64,000 nt of DNA from Octopus vulgaris. Taxonomy: Eukaryota. Below are positions 41,600 through 55,604 of this stretch, in pieces. The notes under the pieces are model-generated. The model searched no databases. It saw nothing but the letters and a program-made list of their open reading frames with translations, and was not told the origin of the DNA. The stretch's first letter is position 1. Each line of letters opens with the position of its first letter. The stretch lies in assembly GCA_951406725.2 (NCBI GenBank), contig OX597817.1:1798001-1862000 (forward strand), in the 5' to 3' direction. A program made the position numbers and the translations under genes.

Positions 41600-41746
41600 A
41601 TATGCAAATACAATGCAAAATGAACCGACTGATTGTAATAGCCAATAAAATAGAAATCAAAGAAAAAAATTATTGTCTTTGCGGTCCGGTACTAAATGAA
41701 CCACGGCTGGGCACTGGTCCGCAGCTCGGTGTTTGGGAACCTCTAC
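40453..41746. mobile_element. Possible hAT-type MITE split by a nested SINE and microsatellites
   Basis: cagcggtttccaacc at left; gtccgcagctcggtgtttgggaacctct at right (CAGTGGTTCCCAAAC-like TIRs); TSD not clear. Confidence 0.4.
40560..40998 (+). mobile_element. Near full-length SINE family A with internal (TA)(TG) microsatellite
   Basis: gagtggctgtgaggtaa..gggttcagtac head; tail GGCGGTGCTCCAGCATGGCCACAGTCAAATGACTGAAAC. Confidence 0.9.
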
Positions 41747-42421
41747 TGTATGCTTGAAAGGAAAAAGTTCTGGATCGTGACAACTAGAGTATTTTTGGTT
41801 ATAGAGAATATTGTTTGGTCTAGAGTTAATCCAGTGCTAAGAGCCACAACACTACTGAACATCCTGTGGCCTTTAACGGATCGCCATGTCGTTCAATCAC
41901 ATCCGAAAATTTCATTTTCGGAAAGTGTGTCCAAAGCAAAGCTGTTTTGAGAAACCGCCTCCAGGTTATCGATAACGATTAAAAAAAAATTTTTTAAGAA
42001 AACCCCAAAAAAAACCTGTAAGCACTTTAATTAAATGAAAAGGAATTACTAAACCGTCAATCGAACCTAGAGTTCAGGTGTTGTTTCCCAGGAACTTTTA
42101 CCATTGCTTTATGATATTTACAATCAACCAATAAAAGCGTGTCATTAATCTGTTCTAATAATAGAGAATCAGGCAGACCAGAAACGAAGGCTATTAAAAC
42201 GACAAGGCTTTTTACTTTCGTTAATTGTTTCGCGATTTCATTTTTTTTCTTCTTTCTTTACTGATCGGATCATTGGTACTGAATCCGATCTTGTGCGTAT
42301 GTGTGTATGTATGTATGTATGTATGTATGTATGTATACACACACACATGTATATATATATATACATACACATGCACATACATATATGCATGCACATACAT
42401 ATATATTATTTATTCTAGCCG

Positions 42422-42456
<35 letters not shown>

Positions 42457-43600
42457 TGAGTGAGTTTACACGCGCGTGCGCACTGTTTCCATTCACTTAC
42501 TTTCTAGAAGTCTTTTAATGAAGTAATTATTCATACAAGACATGCATGAGTTAATCTCAGAGAATCACTTTGGGATATTCATTCTTTCTCTTTTTTTCCC
42601 TCTCAGTCTTTTCTTTCTTAGTGCGTTTTTATTTGTTTCATTGTTTATTTTGCTTTTTTTTTATCACCAAATAGACTGATTCTTTATTTTATAAGATACA
42701 AGTGACTATGAATATAATTTTTTTTTCTCAGAAGTTATTGTTGTTGTTGTTGTCGTCTAATCCTCGGCCAGCCCTGACAGAGCAAACATTTTATCAAATG
42801 CATTCCAGTCGCGCCAACCCCTTTTTGTCTCGAGACAATGTATGAAGGTTCTCATTGTTCAATGAGTCCACTTTTTAATAAAATTGAGTGTGATATGAAT
42901 AAGATTTTGCGGCTATTTCTAGCAGGCCAATTGACTCCTTATAGTCTTATTTATTGTTGGTTGTTGTTTAACCATAAATTAGCATTGACCAACTTGGGAC
43001 CTATCCGATAATCTCTATTCCTCCTTTTCCTAAACGTCTGAAATTTTCATTTCACCCTCTTTCTGTGAATTTTGGCAGCCTGCATATATATATATTGTTT
43101 AACCGTATGTTTGTTATAGTTTGATGTAACGATAGAATTCAGGATGGATTAAAAGTGAAAGTATTTGGAAAACTATGATTCTGGGTAAAATGAAAGCATC
43201 GAAGATGACCTAAATCATGGTCAGAGGCTTTTTACAGATCTTATAGCTGCCTTTTTAGGCAATGGCATTTAAAAAGTTAAATTAACAACAGTTTGAGACG
43301 ATTTTCCGAAAACTCGAGAACTCGATAAACATCTATTCTAGATACTAGCGCTTAGGGGTCTAGACTAAAACCCATTTTAGATTATGGCGTTTAGAGCGCT
43401 TGAGAAACACTCTTTCTAGACAAGGGTGTTTACGAAGAGAAGCAAACAAACACTAGAGATGCAGCTACAGTGTGTGTCCCCTGATTCAGCCCTACACTTT
43501 GCCCGCCTCGGAACTTATACAGGCTTATATAACAGATCCAAAAATGACGCCTCCTAGAAGTCACCCGATGTGGATCCCCTCCTGGTCCCCTCCTGAATAA

Positions 43601-44321
43601 AAATTCTTTGGTCAGTACAACATGTTGACTGTTCCCCACTACAGGTTATAGTGGTTACCAGTCCCTGTAGCTAGTAGTAATAAGTCTACTACTAATATAG
43701 GATGAAGTTTTTTCTCTACAGAAAAAAATTCCATCAAGTAATGTGGCAGCATATTTTTATTTTTAGATATAACTGGGGTACTTAAAGGTACTCATGTTTT
43801 TTTGCTTCGGCTTTTTCCATGGGAGCATGTAAGTATCTTATTTATATCCTTTCGTGAGCTCTACTGAAGAGGAATAAGTCTTTTATGAGATTAATTCCGA
43901 AATTGATTCAATATAGAGATAACGAACTTTTTAAAAATTCTAACGGCCAGGTTGCCCGACTTCAGTTCTTCGGTTTTTTTCTGTAGCGAGTAAATTATAT
44001 GTGGAAATTGACGATTTAATAGTTTGTTAACAGCATATTGGCTTTGAAATAATTTTCTTTAGCCCTTACTTATAAGTTGTTTATAATTTTAACCGTATAG
44101 GTATTTTAATATGCTGCCACATTTCTTGATGGAATTTTTTTCTGTAGAAAAAAAAACTTCATCCTATATTAGTAGTAGACTTATTACTACTAGCTACAGG
44201 GACTGGTAACCACTATAATCTGTAGTCGGGAACAGTCAACACGTTGTACTGAACTGACCAAAGAATTTCTATTTTTAGATATAACTGGGGTACTTAAATG
44301 TACTCATGTTTTTTCCATGGG
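43601..44321. mobile_element. PLE-pLTR-like cassette with ~155-bp inverted arms plus a ~55-bp direct repeat
   Basis: 43601-43755 vs 44108-44268 inverted and nearly identical; tatttttagatataactggggtacttaaa.gtactcatgttttt repeated at ~43758 and ~44270. Confidence 0.8.
43859..43918 (+). ncRNA. Type I hammerhead ribozyme, canonical core and all three stems
   Basis: CTCTA-CTGAAGA-GGAAT.AGTCT-tttatg-AGATT.ATTCC-GAAA-TTG-att-CAA-TA-TAGAG; predicted cleavage after AUA (43913). Confidence 0.88.
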
Positions 44322-46354
44322 CTCATATTGAATATATATATATATATACATATACATACATACATACATACATACATACATACAGACAGACAGACAGACA
44401 GACAGACACACAGACACACACACACACACACATATATATTTCCTGCATGGCTTCTAAAGAAGATTATATAAGAAGAGTGGTTTCACATCAGTTTATAAAC
44501 TAAATTCTGCTCTGCAATCCTCCAAATAAACTCTTAAAGTTATAATGAAAACATAACCCAATAAATTCCAAAGAAACTAGTGGTTGTCTGATTTGTATCC
44601 TGTCTTACAATGCTACCTACTAGTAACAACGCGTTGTTTCTGAACCCGCAGTCTCTGTGTACGCTGTGCCATTTGAAATATCCTGGCCAAAGGCACAACA
44701 CGGTACCTATGGAAAGATGCGAACCCCTGACTTCTCGCCTGGTTAATCAGTATCCTATCCACTGTGCGTGTCTGTGCTTTTTATTCTGATGTACGTCGGG
44801 GATTTTGTGCCTGTTGAACCTTGACAATGTCGACACAACTATTTTGTAACATGAGCAAACGCACGTATTTCTGACGATAATAAATATTAGAAAGTGAACG
44901 TACGAGAACGAGTGTCTCAACGATGAATATATACAAATACACAGATATATATATAATATACATATCTATATATGTGTATTTGGGTATTTCTGTAAGTTAA
45001 TAAAATCCTGAGTTCGTTGATGTACGAGGCAATACGAAGAAAGCGGATATCTGTATGAGAAATGCATGTGTGCATATGTGCGTGATATATATATATATGT
45101 GTGTGTGTGTGTATGTGTATGTGTGTGTGTGTGATATATATATATATATGTGTGTGTCTGTGTCTGTGTGTGTGTGTGTGTCCGTACATAAAGTATGTAA
45201 AGGGTATATCTGAAACTAAAAGGTGCCACAGACTCCTTATTGTTCGTGGTATTGTTATCGAAGGCTTCTTTCGAAGTAAGTTAAAGGCAGGGGGGGGGGG
45301 GGCTTGGAGGAAATTGGGTTGGCTGCAATAGTGAAACTGCAGCACAAATACGATTTGCAAGTAAATTCCTGCAAAATTCCGTCTGTTGCACAACACTGTC
45401 TACACGCGCACACACAGGTTGCGAGAGAGAGAGAGAGAGAGAGAGAAGGAGAAAGACAGGAGAGAGATGAACGAGTATACATACATACACACACATACAT
45501 ATATACGAACTATATAACAATGTGTATGTCTATAAATATCTATGTACATATGTATACCTATATGTATATGTGTGTGTATGTGAGTGTACATATATATAAA
45601 TATGTATGTATATATATATATATATATGTAAACATATACATAAAGATATACATCTAAATATATATATATATGAATGTATTTATATACACGCTCGCGTATA
45701 TATATATATATATATACTAATATAAAACAGAAAATAAAGTGAATATACATACATACAAACACATAAGGGTGGAGTTGTCTTTACGTACGAGTGTATAGTA
45801 TCATGTGGCAGAGGTTTAACTAAATAGTGTTGTATTCTTAGCCGCCACGCAATCCCCATTACCTAGCGTTAACTTAATGGTTCCGGAACAATACTGTTAA
45901 ACTGTGTTAGTTTGGTATGAAAGGGTTGGGTTTATCTTGATCCAATTTCCTTCATTATCTATAGTCACTTCAGTTTAACAACAATGCGATAGGATCACTA
46001 ATGCACACACACCTACAAATACATAGATGTGTGTGTGTGTGTGTGTGTGTTGTCTATGTATGCGCGCGCGCTTTACTTCGCGCCCTCAATTCTTTGATGG
46101 AGTTCAAGGGCTGCTTTCGTTATATACGGTGTGTCTTGGGCATATTTTGACGTGACAAAGTCTTTCTCTCTCCAGGTCCGACCACAACCAATCTCTTCTA
46201 GAAGAGGGAATGTTAGGCAAGCAGAAAAATTAAGCGAAAGTGAAGAATCAAGTCTTGCACAGAACTAGTAGTAGTTTATCTACCTTGAAATGGTGAAAGA
46301 CAAAATGGACGTTTACACTGGCAAAATTTAAGCTCCGAGCTCAGATAGAGCGTA

Positions 46355-46975
46355 GGTGGTGAGCTGGCAGTCCGGTTCTTTTGGACCTGAGTTCAAATCC
46401 CACTGGGGTCAAATCTGCCTTTTATCGTTTTAGGGTTGATAAAATAAAATAAATATCAACTAGATCAATGGTACCGACTAGCTCCGGCTCTTCGAAATTG
46501 CTGGCTTTGTATCCAGTAGTTATGGTAATATAAATCTTGCTGTTGTACCGGGTGCAGTTTGTTACGCTTGAAAAACAAAGGAAGCAAACTAAGGCCCCAT
46601 CCTATGAATGAAGAACACACAACCAAAGCTCCCCATGGCACAGTTAATGGAAACACAGTCAGAGAGATTAGGATATCTGTAATCTATCTTGCAATTGATT
46701 GGTATTCGCTTGTCGTTTGACAGTCGTTAGTTCGTCAAGACAGCCAAATGGCAGAATCATTAGCACGCCGGGCAAAATGCTTATCGACATTTCGTCTGTC
46801 CTGACGTTCTGAGTTCAAATTCTGCCGAGGTCGACTTTGCCTTTCATCCTTTTCAGGTCGATAAAATAAGTACCAGTGAAACACTGGGGTCGACATAGTC
46901 GACTATTCCTCTCCCCCCAAATTTCAGATCTTGTGTCTCTAGTAGAAAGGATTTGGGCCTTATGCCTAAAGTAGA
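46355..46975 (+). mobile_element. Two SINE family B copies (46355-46520 degenerate, 46745-46975 well conserved)
   Basis: gagttcaaattctgccgaggtcgactttgcctttcatccttttcaggtcgataaaataagtaccag. Confidence 0.8.
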
Positions 46976-47177
46976 AAAGTACAAAAGAAAAGTCGTTAAT
47001 TCGTCGGATTTGTTTTGACACTCACCACAATCGCTTCAGATCTTGCCGAGGTCAGCTTTAGCTTTCATGTATTACCTTTATGACTAACATATTATCTGCA
47101 TGAACTTATTCAAAAGAAAAAAAAGAAAGATTTTCTTTTTCTATTTTTCCTTTACATCTCATAAAAAAAAATAAATA

Positions 47178-47400
47178 ATTGCGCCCTTTTAAAGCCTAGC
47201 CAGGCTCATGGGTCCGGTTTCTCGGTTTCTATGGTGTATGTGTTCCCAGCTGGACGGGACGCCAGTCCATCGCAGCGTTACTCATTTTTGCCAGCTGAGT
47301 GGCCTGGAGCAACGTGAAATGAAGTGTTTTGCTCAAGAATACAACGCTTGGCCCGGTCTAGGAATCGAAACCACAATCTTATGATCATAGTGCTGACACA
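47178..47400 (-). mobile_element. SINE family C with V-domain-like core
   Basis: Minus strand tRNA-like head (ggtttcgattcc) then TGCGATGGACTGGCGTCCCGTCCAG, resembling the V-SINE conserved domain (recalled). Confidence 0.6.
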
Positions 47401-47599
47401 TAGAGATACAACTCAGAGACGTATGACACGAAATCTTTCTATAAAGACGAACCTTAGATTAGTAACCTGGAGTTTCTCTTTACGTCCTCAGTTCAAATAT
47501 TGCTCAGGAAGTCTTTGCATTTCATTATTATGAGGATTGATTTAATTCTAGAGACATAGAGGAAGTTTTTATTACACGAGTTCCTAGTTTTAAGGGTAT

Positions 47600-47759
47600 T
47601 GCGAAAGGCCTAGTTTGAGGCCCAACCTTCTGAATTCTTTTACAGGCTGAAATAAGTGTGTGAATCTGAGGGGAATATGTTGAATATGTTGAATAAAATC
47701 ATAATTAACTAATTCACTAGTATTTTCTTTTACCCAGGAACTTTTCAGCACCCCTCGTA
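47600..47759 (+). mobile_element. Mariner right-end fragment
   Basis: gaggggaatatgttgaa (..GEYVE-type C-terminus) and TIR ccaggaacttttcagcacccctcgTA. Confidence 0.6.
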
Positions 47760-48259
47760 GACTGCATCAAAAAAATGCGTTGCCAAACTAAGAACACAGT
47801 CCAATGTAAAATCAAATAATAAAGTGTGTGTGTATACATGTACGTTTTTACACAAGCACACACACACGTATGTGCAGGGAGAGAGAGCGCGCGTATTATA
47901 GCTTTCAGGCCATCTTAACGCTTTCAAAAGGCGTATTATACCCGAAATATCAGGAAAAGTGAAATATTCCTAAGGTAACATTTCAATATCGCTGGGTATT
48001 TTTCTAATTATTATTGATATTTAATGTTTGATGTGCTTTACTCGAACCTTCTATTGTACGTATGTGAGAGCGTGTGAGTATGTATAGGTAGGTGGTTATA
48101 CATATATCTTTATATGTGTGTGAGTGTTTTAAAATAATTTTTCCTCCATTCTTTTCTTTATCTCCTTTATTTCATTATCAGGCTCACATCTCTCATTGGG
48201 CGATAAAGCGAAACGAAAATTAGAGAAGTGTCACCTGTATTATATTCAGCATACAAATT

Positions 48260-48355
<96 letters not shown>

Positions 48356-48583
48356 TGTGTGTATAACAACAGTTGGAATTCCGCTGAAACCTCTATTCAA
48401 TGTTGTTATTGTTCTTATTGTCATTCTATTGTCATTATTTCTTTGGTCCCAGTTATCTGATAGCGAGCGCATTTAATTTCTCCTATATATGTACGTATAT
48501 ACTCATGTATGTACATTGTGTATGTATGTATGTATGTATGTATGTATGTATGTATGCATGTATGCATGTACCTATGTATGCAT

Positions 48584-48657
<74 letters not shown>

Positions 48658-49399
48658 TATGCTTAGTCGTGGTTTAAGTAGATGCCAAATAAATATCCTG
48701 GTTAGGACGCCAGTCTGCTGTAGAAGACAAGTACTTGGGTGAGCGGGTATGCGTGTGTTTTAACGCTTTGTGTATGTAGGTGCTATGGCGTGCGCGAGCG
48801 CGTTTACGTGTGTGTGTGTGTGTGTAAAAACTAAAGAAAAGCATTCATTACAGATACTACAGCTTCTACAACTAATAGAACATAGGGATTTAATCAATCG
48901 CTTATCTGAATTTCTTTTTGTACTTTGGGAAGATATTATCTTCTGTCATTTACCTTGAGGAATGTCAGAGAAGACTGAAGGCTCATAATGGTGACTGATT
49001 GAAGCCTCCACTTTAAATGAATACATGGATTTGCATGTGCGCACGCATATGAATATCTCTGTGCGTATTCGTGCATTCATATACAAGTGAAATAGTACTT
49101 GATGTCCCATGTGTTCGAGTTTGATCCTTTCGCCCTAGAAAAGGCTAAATAGTTACCACGAAAAGCAGCATCTAGTCAGAGTCGAGGATGTGTTCTCTGA
49201 AGGTGAAAACTAAAGAGTTAGGTGTAAAGTGTTTTCTACAGAAACCAGACAAGCATATGAAACCAACGGTACAAGCTAAGGGGCCACTTGTGTACATAAT
49301 CGCGCTAGTGTTTCCTAGAGGTGTTACAATACACTGAACTTAGCTCTTATTAAATTACATATAATTCTTTAAACGAACTAAATGTCTGTCTCGAACAAG

Positions 49400-49936
49400 T
49401 TGTAGTGTTGGTGGCACATGAAGAACAGCTGTTCTCTCAGTAAGTTGACCATTATTCCATCTTTTGGAATAATTCCATTATTCCAGCTTGGATTTGGTCA
49501 TTCAGCCATTGGTCGACACCTGCGTGCCATCGGAAAAAGACCATCTTTGGTTTCAAAACGAAAGGTGTTCTTGCATCAGGATAATGCCCGACCACATACA
49601 GCGAGGATATTCCAAAGGCTGGAGCAGTTTGAATGGGAAACGATGCACCACCCAGCATATTCGTCGGACATTGCCTAATCTGATTACCATTTATTCGGCA
49701 GTCTTCAAAATTATTTGGACGGAAAAAATATGAATTCTGTAGACGAGGTCATAACAACACCGGAGGAGTATTTTTCGACATAGAAATGTGAATTTTGCAA
49801 GTCTACCAGATAGATGGAAGAGCATTGTAGAAAATGAAGGAGAATATATTTTAGAGTAAAAACGAACTCTGTTCATCTTAATTTTGAAAAATAAATGAAG
49901 TATAAAAAGATCGCATTATATATGGGATGACCCTAA
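49400..49936 (+). mobile_element. Mariner (DD34D) transposase 3' remnant with right TIR
   Basis: FLHQDNARPHTA..HPAYSSDIA*SDYHLFGSLQNYL..LPDRWKSIVENEGEYILE; ends gcattatatatgggatgaccctaa. Confidence 0.9.
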
Positions 49937-50384
49937 CACACACACACAGACACATACACACACACACATATATATATTATATATAAGTGTGTGCGTGTGT
50001 GTGTGTGTGTGTCTGTGTGTAAGTTTCTGCTTTGTGCAAAATGAAAACATTTTTTTCAAACAAACTGGTTTTAATTATCGAACATATAAGATAGTTGAAC
50101 TTATCCATTATCTTTAAATTGGAATGGGAGAACTAGGGGAATGTTACCAATCTTAGAATAGATACAGCAACGGGTCCGCAAAAGAACTTCTACGCAGTCA
50201 CTCAACCTACAAGAAATTACCAGCTGACCCCTCTCATAATCCACCCTGCTATTTTAAGAAACAAATAACTTAGTCTTATGCAGAAATAAAGGGAAAAGGG
50301 ATGGTTACGACTTGAAAATTTTCCCACTATGCCTAAGGTTAACACGATATCAACTAACATAATAGTGAAAAGATTTTACTTGGA

Positions 50385-50725
50385 GCTGGCTGGTAGAGAA
50401 GTGCAGATAGAAGGGCTGGTAGACACGTTGCGACGCAATTGAAGTGCGATGCAGGGGATTTGTGGAGAGTTCATTCTGTAAAGCCATAACCGAGTTTGGA
50501 GTTGCTGGTGCAACAAAGAGGAGAGTCGTAAATTCCGTCGCTGAAGCTTCAGAGAAGGCAGCTATGTGAATCTGGATAGAGAAGATAGACTAATGGTTTA
50601 CTGCAACTGGGGTGCGAGCTGAGACTTGATCGACCCTGGCTGGATCAACTCGGTAGGGGGTCTGATGTAGAAAGTCCTAAACTCACTGAAACCCCAAAAG
50701 ACATCATTGATGATATGATGCATCC
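50385..50725 (+). mobile_element. HERO-like (RLE non-LTR) retrotransposon 3' end
   Basis: Manual translation LVEKCR*KGW*TRCDAIEVRCRGFVESSFCKAITEFGVAGATKRRVVNSVAEASEKAAM*IWIEK resembles the recalled HERO C-terminus (GW..C.PIEVGCRGF..AEKAS.WLWIK); 3' UTR ends gacatcattgatgatatg. Confidence 0.7.
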
Positions 50726-50757
50726 TAGAGCATTTACCAGAATCGAAATCAATTCAG

Positions 50758-51115
50758 AACAAACAAAAGCGCGAACCTCCGCCAAGGCAACACCAACGTC
50801 CTCTCAAGGATGAGCCAGAGACGACTTTTAAAATGAGAATATCTGAAATAAACTCAACTACTCTCAGAAATGATAATACTAAAAATGATCCCGACCGCTC
50901 TCAAAAATTAAGTAAAAAAATAGAAAAAATATTCCAGAATCTTTGTCCGGTACCGGATCGATCCCTAAATCTAATCCGTTCGTAGCAGTCACGAGGCCAA
51001 ACATCCCTGAAAGTTTCATCCGAATTTATCCAGCGGTTCTTGAGATATCTTGTCCACGGACAAACAAACAAACACGACTGAAAACAATACTTCTGCCTTC
51101 GCTAAGGTGGAGGTA
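50758..51115. mobile_element. Helentron-associated (DINE-1/HINE-like) non-autonomous element
   Basis: Subterminal acctccgccaagg matched by the terminal hairpin acttctgccttcgctaaggtggaggt; internal aaagtttcatccgaat and (ACAA)n. Confidence 0.65.
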
Positions 51116-51652
51116 TGAAATTCGATGTGAAAATTAAAAGATGCATGAAGTTTACCTTTCATGTGGGTCGCAGCTTCCGTTCAAGATACGTAATACATTG
51201 TATGACACTCCGCAAAGCTGTCAACCCGAGTCTAACCTGTTTCCTCGCACTTTGGTATATTTTATATACGCACATTACGCATGCTTTAAATATATCACAT
51301 AGAGAGTTTATTTTAGTCTCTTTTAGTGTAAATATGCATTTTGGGAATTGGAAATATCACTATATCTCAGTCCGAAGAATCGAAAAGTGAAACTAGCAGT
51401 CCCCGAAATATATTGATTACTTTCTTGAACAAAACCTTGAATGTAGAGAGTTTATTTATTTATTTACTTTTTGTGTTTCTTCTTCGATGGCTAAAATGGC
51501 TCTTTCACGATTTAACTCTTCCAGTTTCAAAGCCAAGCTGCAGTCAGTTGCAAGATAATTACAAATCTGACACGTGTGGCTGTGCACGTGCTTGCATGCG
51601 CACATATGTATGGGTTTATCTATCTGTCTGACTGCCTATCTCTCTCCCCATA

Positions 51653-51746
<94 letters not shown>

Positions 51747-51954
51747 CATACATATCTCTGTGCGTGTATACATACATGATGAGCATGTGAACTGTTTCTG
51801 TCTACCATATTCCAGTCACAAATATTGGTCAATTGTAATCGACAGTAGAAGATATTTAACTGACTTAACACGATATGCGATCGAACCCATTACCACGTGG
51901 TTGCAAAGCGAACTTCTTTACCGTGTTTTAACCATGTCTTTTACTATACAATAT

Positions 51955-54510
51955 ATGTTTTCTCCAAGCAGTTCTGATCGAGCAGGCCTGATATTAAAAT
52001 ATGTTCACATCTTTTATTTTACACATAGAGTATCTAGGAGTTCATTGTCCAGTAGTTTGTCTCTTTTAAGACAGTTGGATATGATTTTTAAGGAAGATTC
52101 AGCTGTTATTGCCTTTAGTTAAGACGAAAATCTAGATAACACACTAACTTGTCTATGTATTAAGTACATATACATGCATACGCGCGCATACACACACAAA
52201 CACTCATACACACGCACACGTATATATATATATATATATATATACAGAAAGAGTAAGCGGGAAAGAAAGAAAGAATGTTAGATACATATAAGTACGTATG
52301 TGTGTGTATATATACATACATATATATATATATACGGATTCTCTATCTCACACAATGCAAGGCGGACAAGACGGCTGTAACATCTAACAATGCAAAGGTT
52401 ATCAAAGCACAACTGTCCCCTTCCCCAATGTACACTGTTGTATATTCCCTTAAAAGTAAACTCCACATATTGCTAAGCTAAAACATAGGTCCCTAAACTA
52501 CCCGACCAATCCGTTTTAACTCCTCTTCCCACCCTAGTTCTTCAGGGTGGGTGAAAATTCGTTTGTATCTGATATACACAACCATTGTTTAAATAGAAGC
52601 TTTTAAGATTAAAACGAACCAACGAAAGCGGTGGTGAAGTTGGTGACGTCTGTGCTGACGTCTGTGGTAGTGTTGGAGGTATTTTTTGTTGTTCATGGTT
52701 GTAATGGCGGTGGTTGTCGTCGTCATTGTCGTGATAGCTTTTCCAGTAATGGCTTTTGTGGAGGGGGTGAGGATGGTTGTCGTTGTTATATTACTGATGG
52801 TAGATATTGTTTAGGATTTCGTTGGATGTATTTAGCTCCAGATCAGTACTAATCGAGCAGGCTTCTGGTCAAAGGCTTTCCAGCCATGGCCATTTCGCTG
52901 GGAATATCAAAGGCAACATTATCAAATAACTTCTTTCTTTCTCTGTTTGAAATGATTAATTGTAATTTGAGGGAGATTTTGCTGCTATTTCTAGCATATT
53001 TAGACGTACCTCTGATGCTGTTGTTTAGCCTTAGGCCAACATTAATTGAATATTTCTATGACTAAAGACATTCCAGTTGTATCCAACCCCTGCTTTAATT
53101 CTTGGACTAATAAATGCTTTGTAGTCTTATTGCTTACGGTAGCGAGTGATTTGACAGAACTTTGCTGCCATTTTTAGCAGCTTACGCAACAACGTAGAGG
53201 TTTTCTGTATTGGGAAGAATGCCATATGAAATGGAAACGCTGACCTACAAAAGGCTGAAAACCACTATGTTGTGGTTCTTATGTCTGTAGAACTGGTGTT
53301 CGTGATGTTGGGTGTTGTTTGGTTTTTGAGTAGCCTTGACGAATGAACCTGTGATCAAAAGCATTCCAGCTATAACCAGTCCGTTTTTACCTTCTGTATA
53401 AAGAAAACTAAGAGCACGTTATCTAATTCATCTTTTACTAAGACATTGAGGCGCGATTTGAAAGAGCTTTGAACGCTGTTTTTTGCAATTTGGACGGCTG
53501 CTTGAAAGGTATCCAGTAATGCTGAGAGGTATGGCTTGTATTGGTGGCTATGGTTATCGTGGTAGTGTTGCTCGTAGTGTATTGTGGTGATGACAGAGAT
53601 ATGGCAGTAGAGGAGAGAATGGTTGTGATGATAGTGGCGATCGTAGTGTGGTGGTGGTGGTGGTAGTGGCGCGATATCTTGGGAGGTGTATATCTTTGGC
53701 TTTCGTTACATTCTGACCACACATCCCTATGGTTGGCTAGGGAGTTGGAAGAAGAGAGTGGAGAAAATTGGGTGATTATCTCTATGTGTATGTGTGTGTA
53801 ATGTCTTGAGTTAATGGAGAATAAATATCTAGTTGTGTGAACGCGTACGTGTATGTATATACCTATGTGTGAGTGTGTGTGTTTGTGGTTGCTTTTGTGT
53901 GTGTAAAAATGCATGTGTGTGCCCTCCTAAAAACACCTACACATTAACATGCTTCCACTGTTTTCTCACAAACATTTGTTTGATCTGAATACGTTCACCT
54001 GGCCATAAACAGTTTGAGACGACCCTCTTCCCTTAACTTATAATACATAGAATGTATGTTACACTTCATACGTAATGGAACTAAATAAAAACAATCTAGT
54101 GGATTGATAAGGTTTAAGCTTTATCAAGTCACAACTTTGGTTTCAAATCCGCCACCTAGATTTTGTTATGTTTTTGGACGAGCGACTTCACTATAAACAA
54201 AGGAAGAAAAAACGGGATGGCTACGCCTGGAACAGTTTTGATGGTAGGTTAACTTGATTAGGGCTGATCTAGAATGAAACAACATCAACAGCTTTCGATT
54301 TTAAGTATGACCATATAGTCATACTTAAAAGATTAACTTTTATCTAAATCAGAAAAGATCAATTGGGTTAATGTTCACTACCAGCTGGGAATAACAATAA
54401 GGCAAACGTATCGATAAGGTATAAAACATTGGTGAAAAGTACACTGGTTTTTCTCACGGTTGAAACTGGACTTTTGATGGTAAGCTAATGGAACAGCTAA
54501 TTGTTGTTGT

Positions 54511-54548
<38 letters not shown>

Positions 54549-54730
54549 AGCCTCAGGTCACAGCTAAATAACCAAACTTATCGAAATTATTGATCACCTC
54601 TCATTATATTCAGATATAATTTATCCATGATCACATTTTCAAAAGCATCGTAGTTTTTAAGATGGTAAAATGCGATTCGATGGAGATTTGGTTGTTATTT
54701 CTATTACGTTGAATGACTACGAAGAAGCAC
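51955..54730. mobile_element. Cluster of about 6 degenerate copies of repeat family D (SINE-like)
   Basis: Recurring tttagc.ccaggtcag..ctgatcgagcag..caaaggcattccagc..gagatttggctgctatttctagc at ~51960, 52830, 53020, 53320, 54550 and inverted at ~54200; also at 27305 and 42750, and inverted at 31520, 34820 and 50200. Confidence 0.65.
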
Positions 54731-55604
54731 CTGATTGGCTCGTCAATTTTCCTGTGTCTCCATTGTCTTTGCTGTTCCTATTGAACAGTTCTGGTCATTG
54801 CTGCTCAACCGTTTGCCTGTCCAAAGCATTTTCATAAGTTTGTCCTAAATGTAAATTGCTTGTTTTCAGAGTTTTAGTTCCACGCCCTTGTCTCATTCGT
54901 TCTAATATCAAACTTTCCTTTTACAAATCCCAAGTTATTTTACTAGTTAGAAAACATTGTGAATGTGTATCATATATGATGCATGGACGCCGTGAAAATA
55001 CATCCCTTGTATCACAAATAAATTCTGAACAGGCAAAGAGTTAATCATGTCTATGGTTCTTAAGCGGTCACTCTCAATATACACCTTTTTAAGAACCATT
55101 ACCACTCTACCCAATGGTTTGCATTAGTTATTTTTGAGAAAGGTGAAAAATTGATTGTGTCGAGAATTTAACGGTTGAAAACGGTAAATAGTACGACATA
55201 ATGCGAATGAACCAACTCTGTTAATATCTCTCACCGAGAGCGAAGTGTAGCAGAGAGATGTGTATGTTGTTTAGTTTTAGCAATCGAGAGCTAAAGTCGC
55301 GTCGGAGCACCGCTTGTACATATCTATATTATCATAACAATGCAGAGATTATAATTAATTGATCCTGATTCATCTCTCGCTAACTTTAAGCACACTGCAG
55401 CCATATCAATCACGAAATATAGAAGTAAAGAATTTTTCGTTAAATACTCAACAAAGGTCTACGAACTAATTTTTTTTAGTCAACCAACCAACCAAAATAA
55501 CAATCAGCAGACAGCAAATCAACCTACTCATATACTAACTCACCAACAAACTATCTCGCCATCTCTCACACCATATCCATTCCGTCAGTCCTTTTCATCT
55601 GCAC

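Noticed and set aside
44865-44910. CTGACGA-TAAT-aaat-ATTA-GAAA hammerhead-like core
   Set aside because: Both boxes and stem II are present, but stems I and III could not be paired; left unscored.
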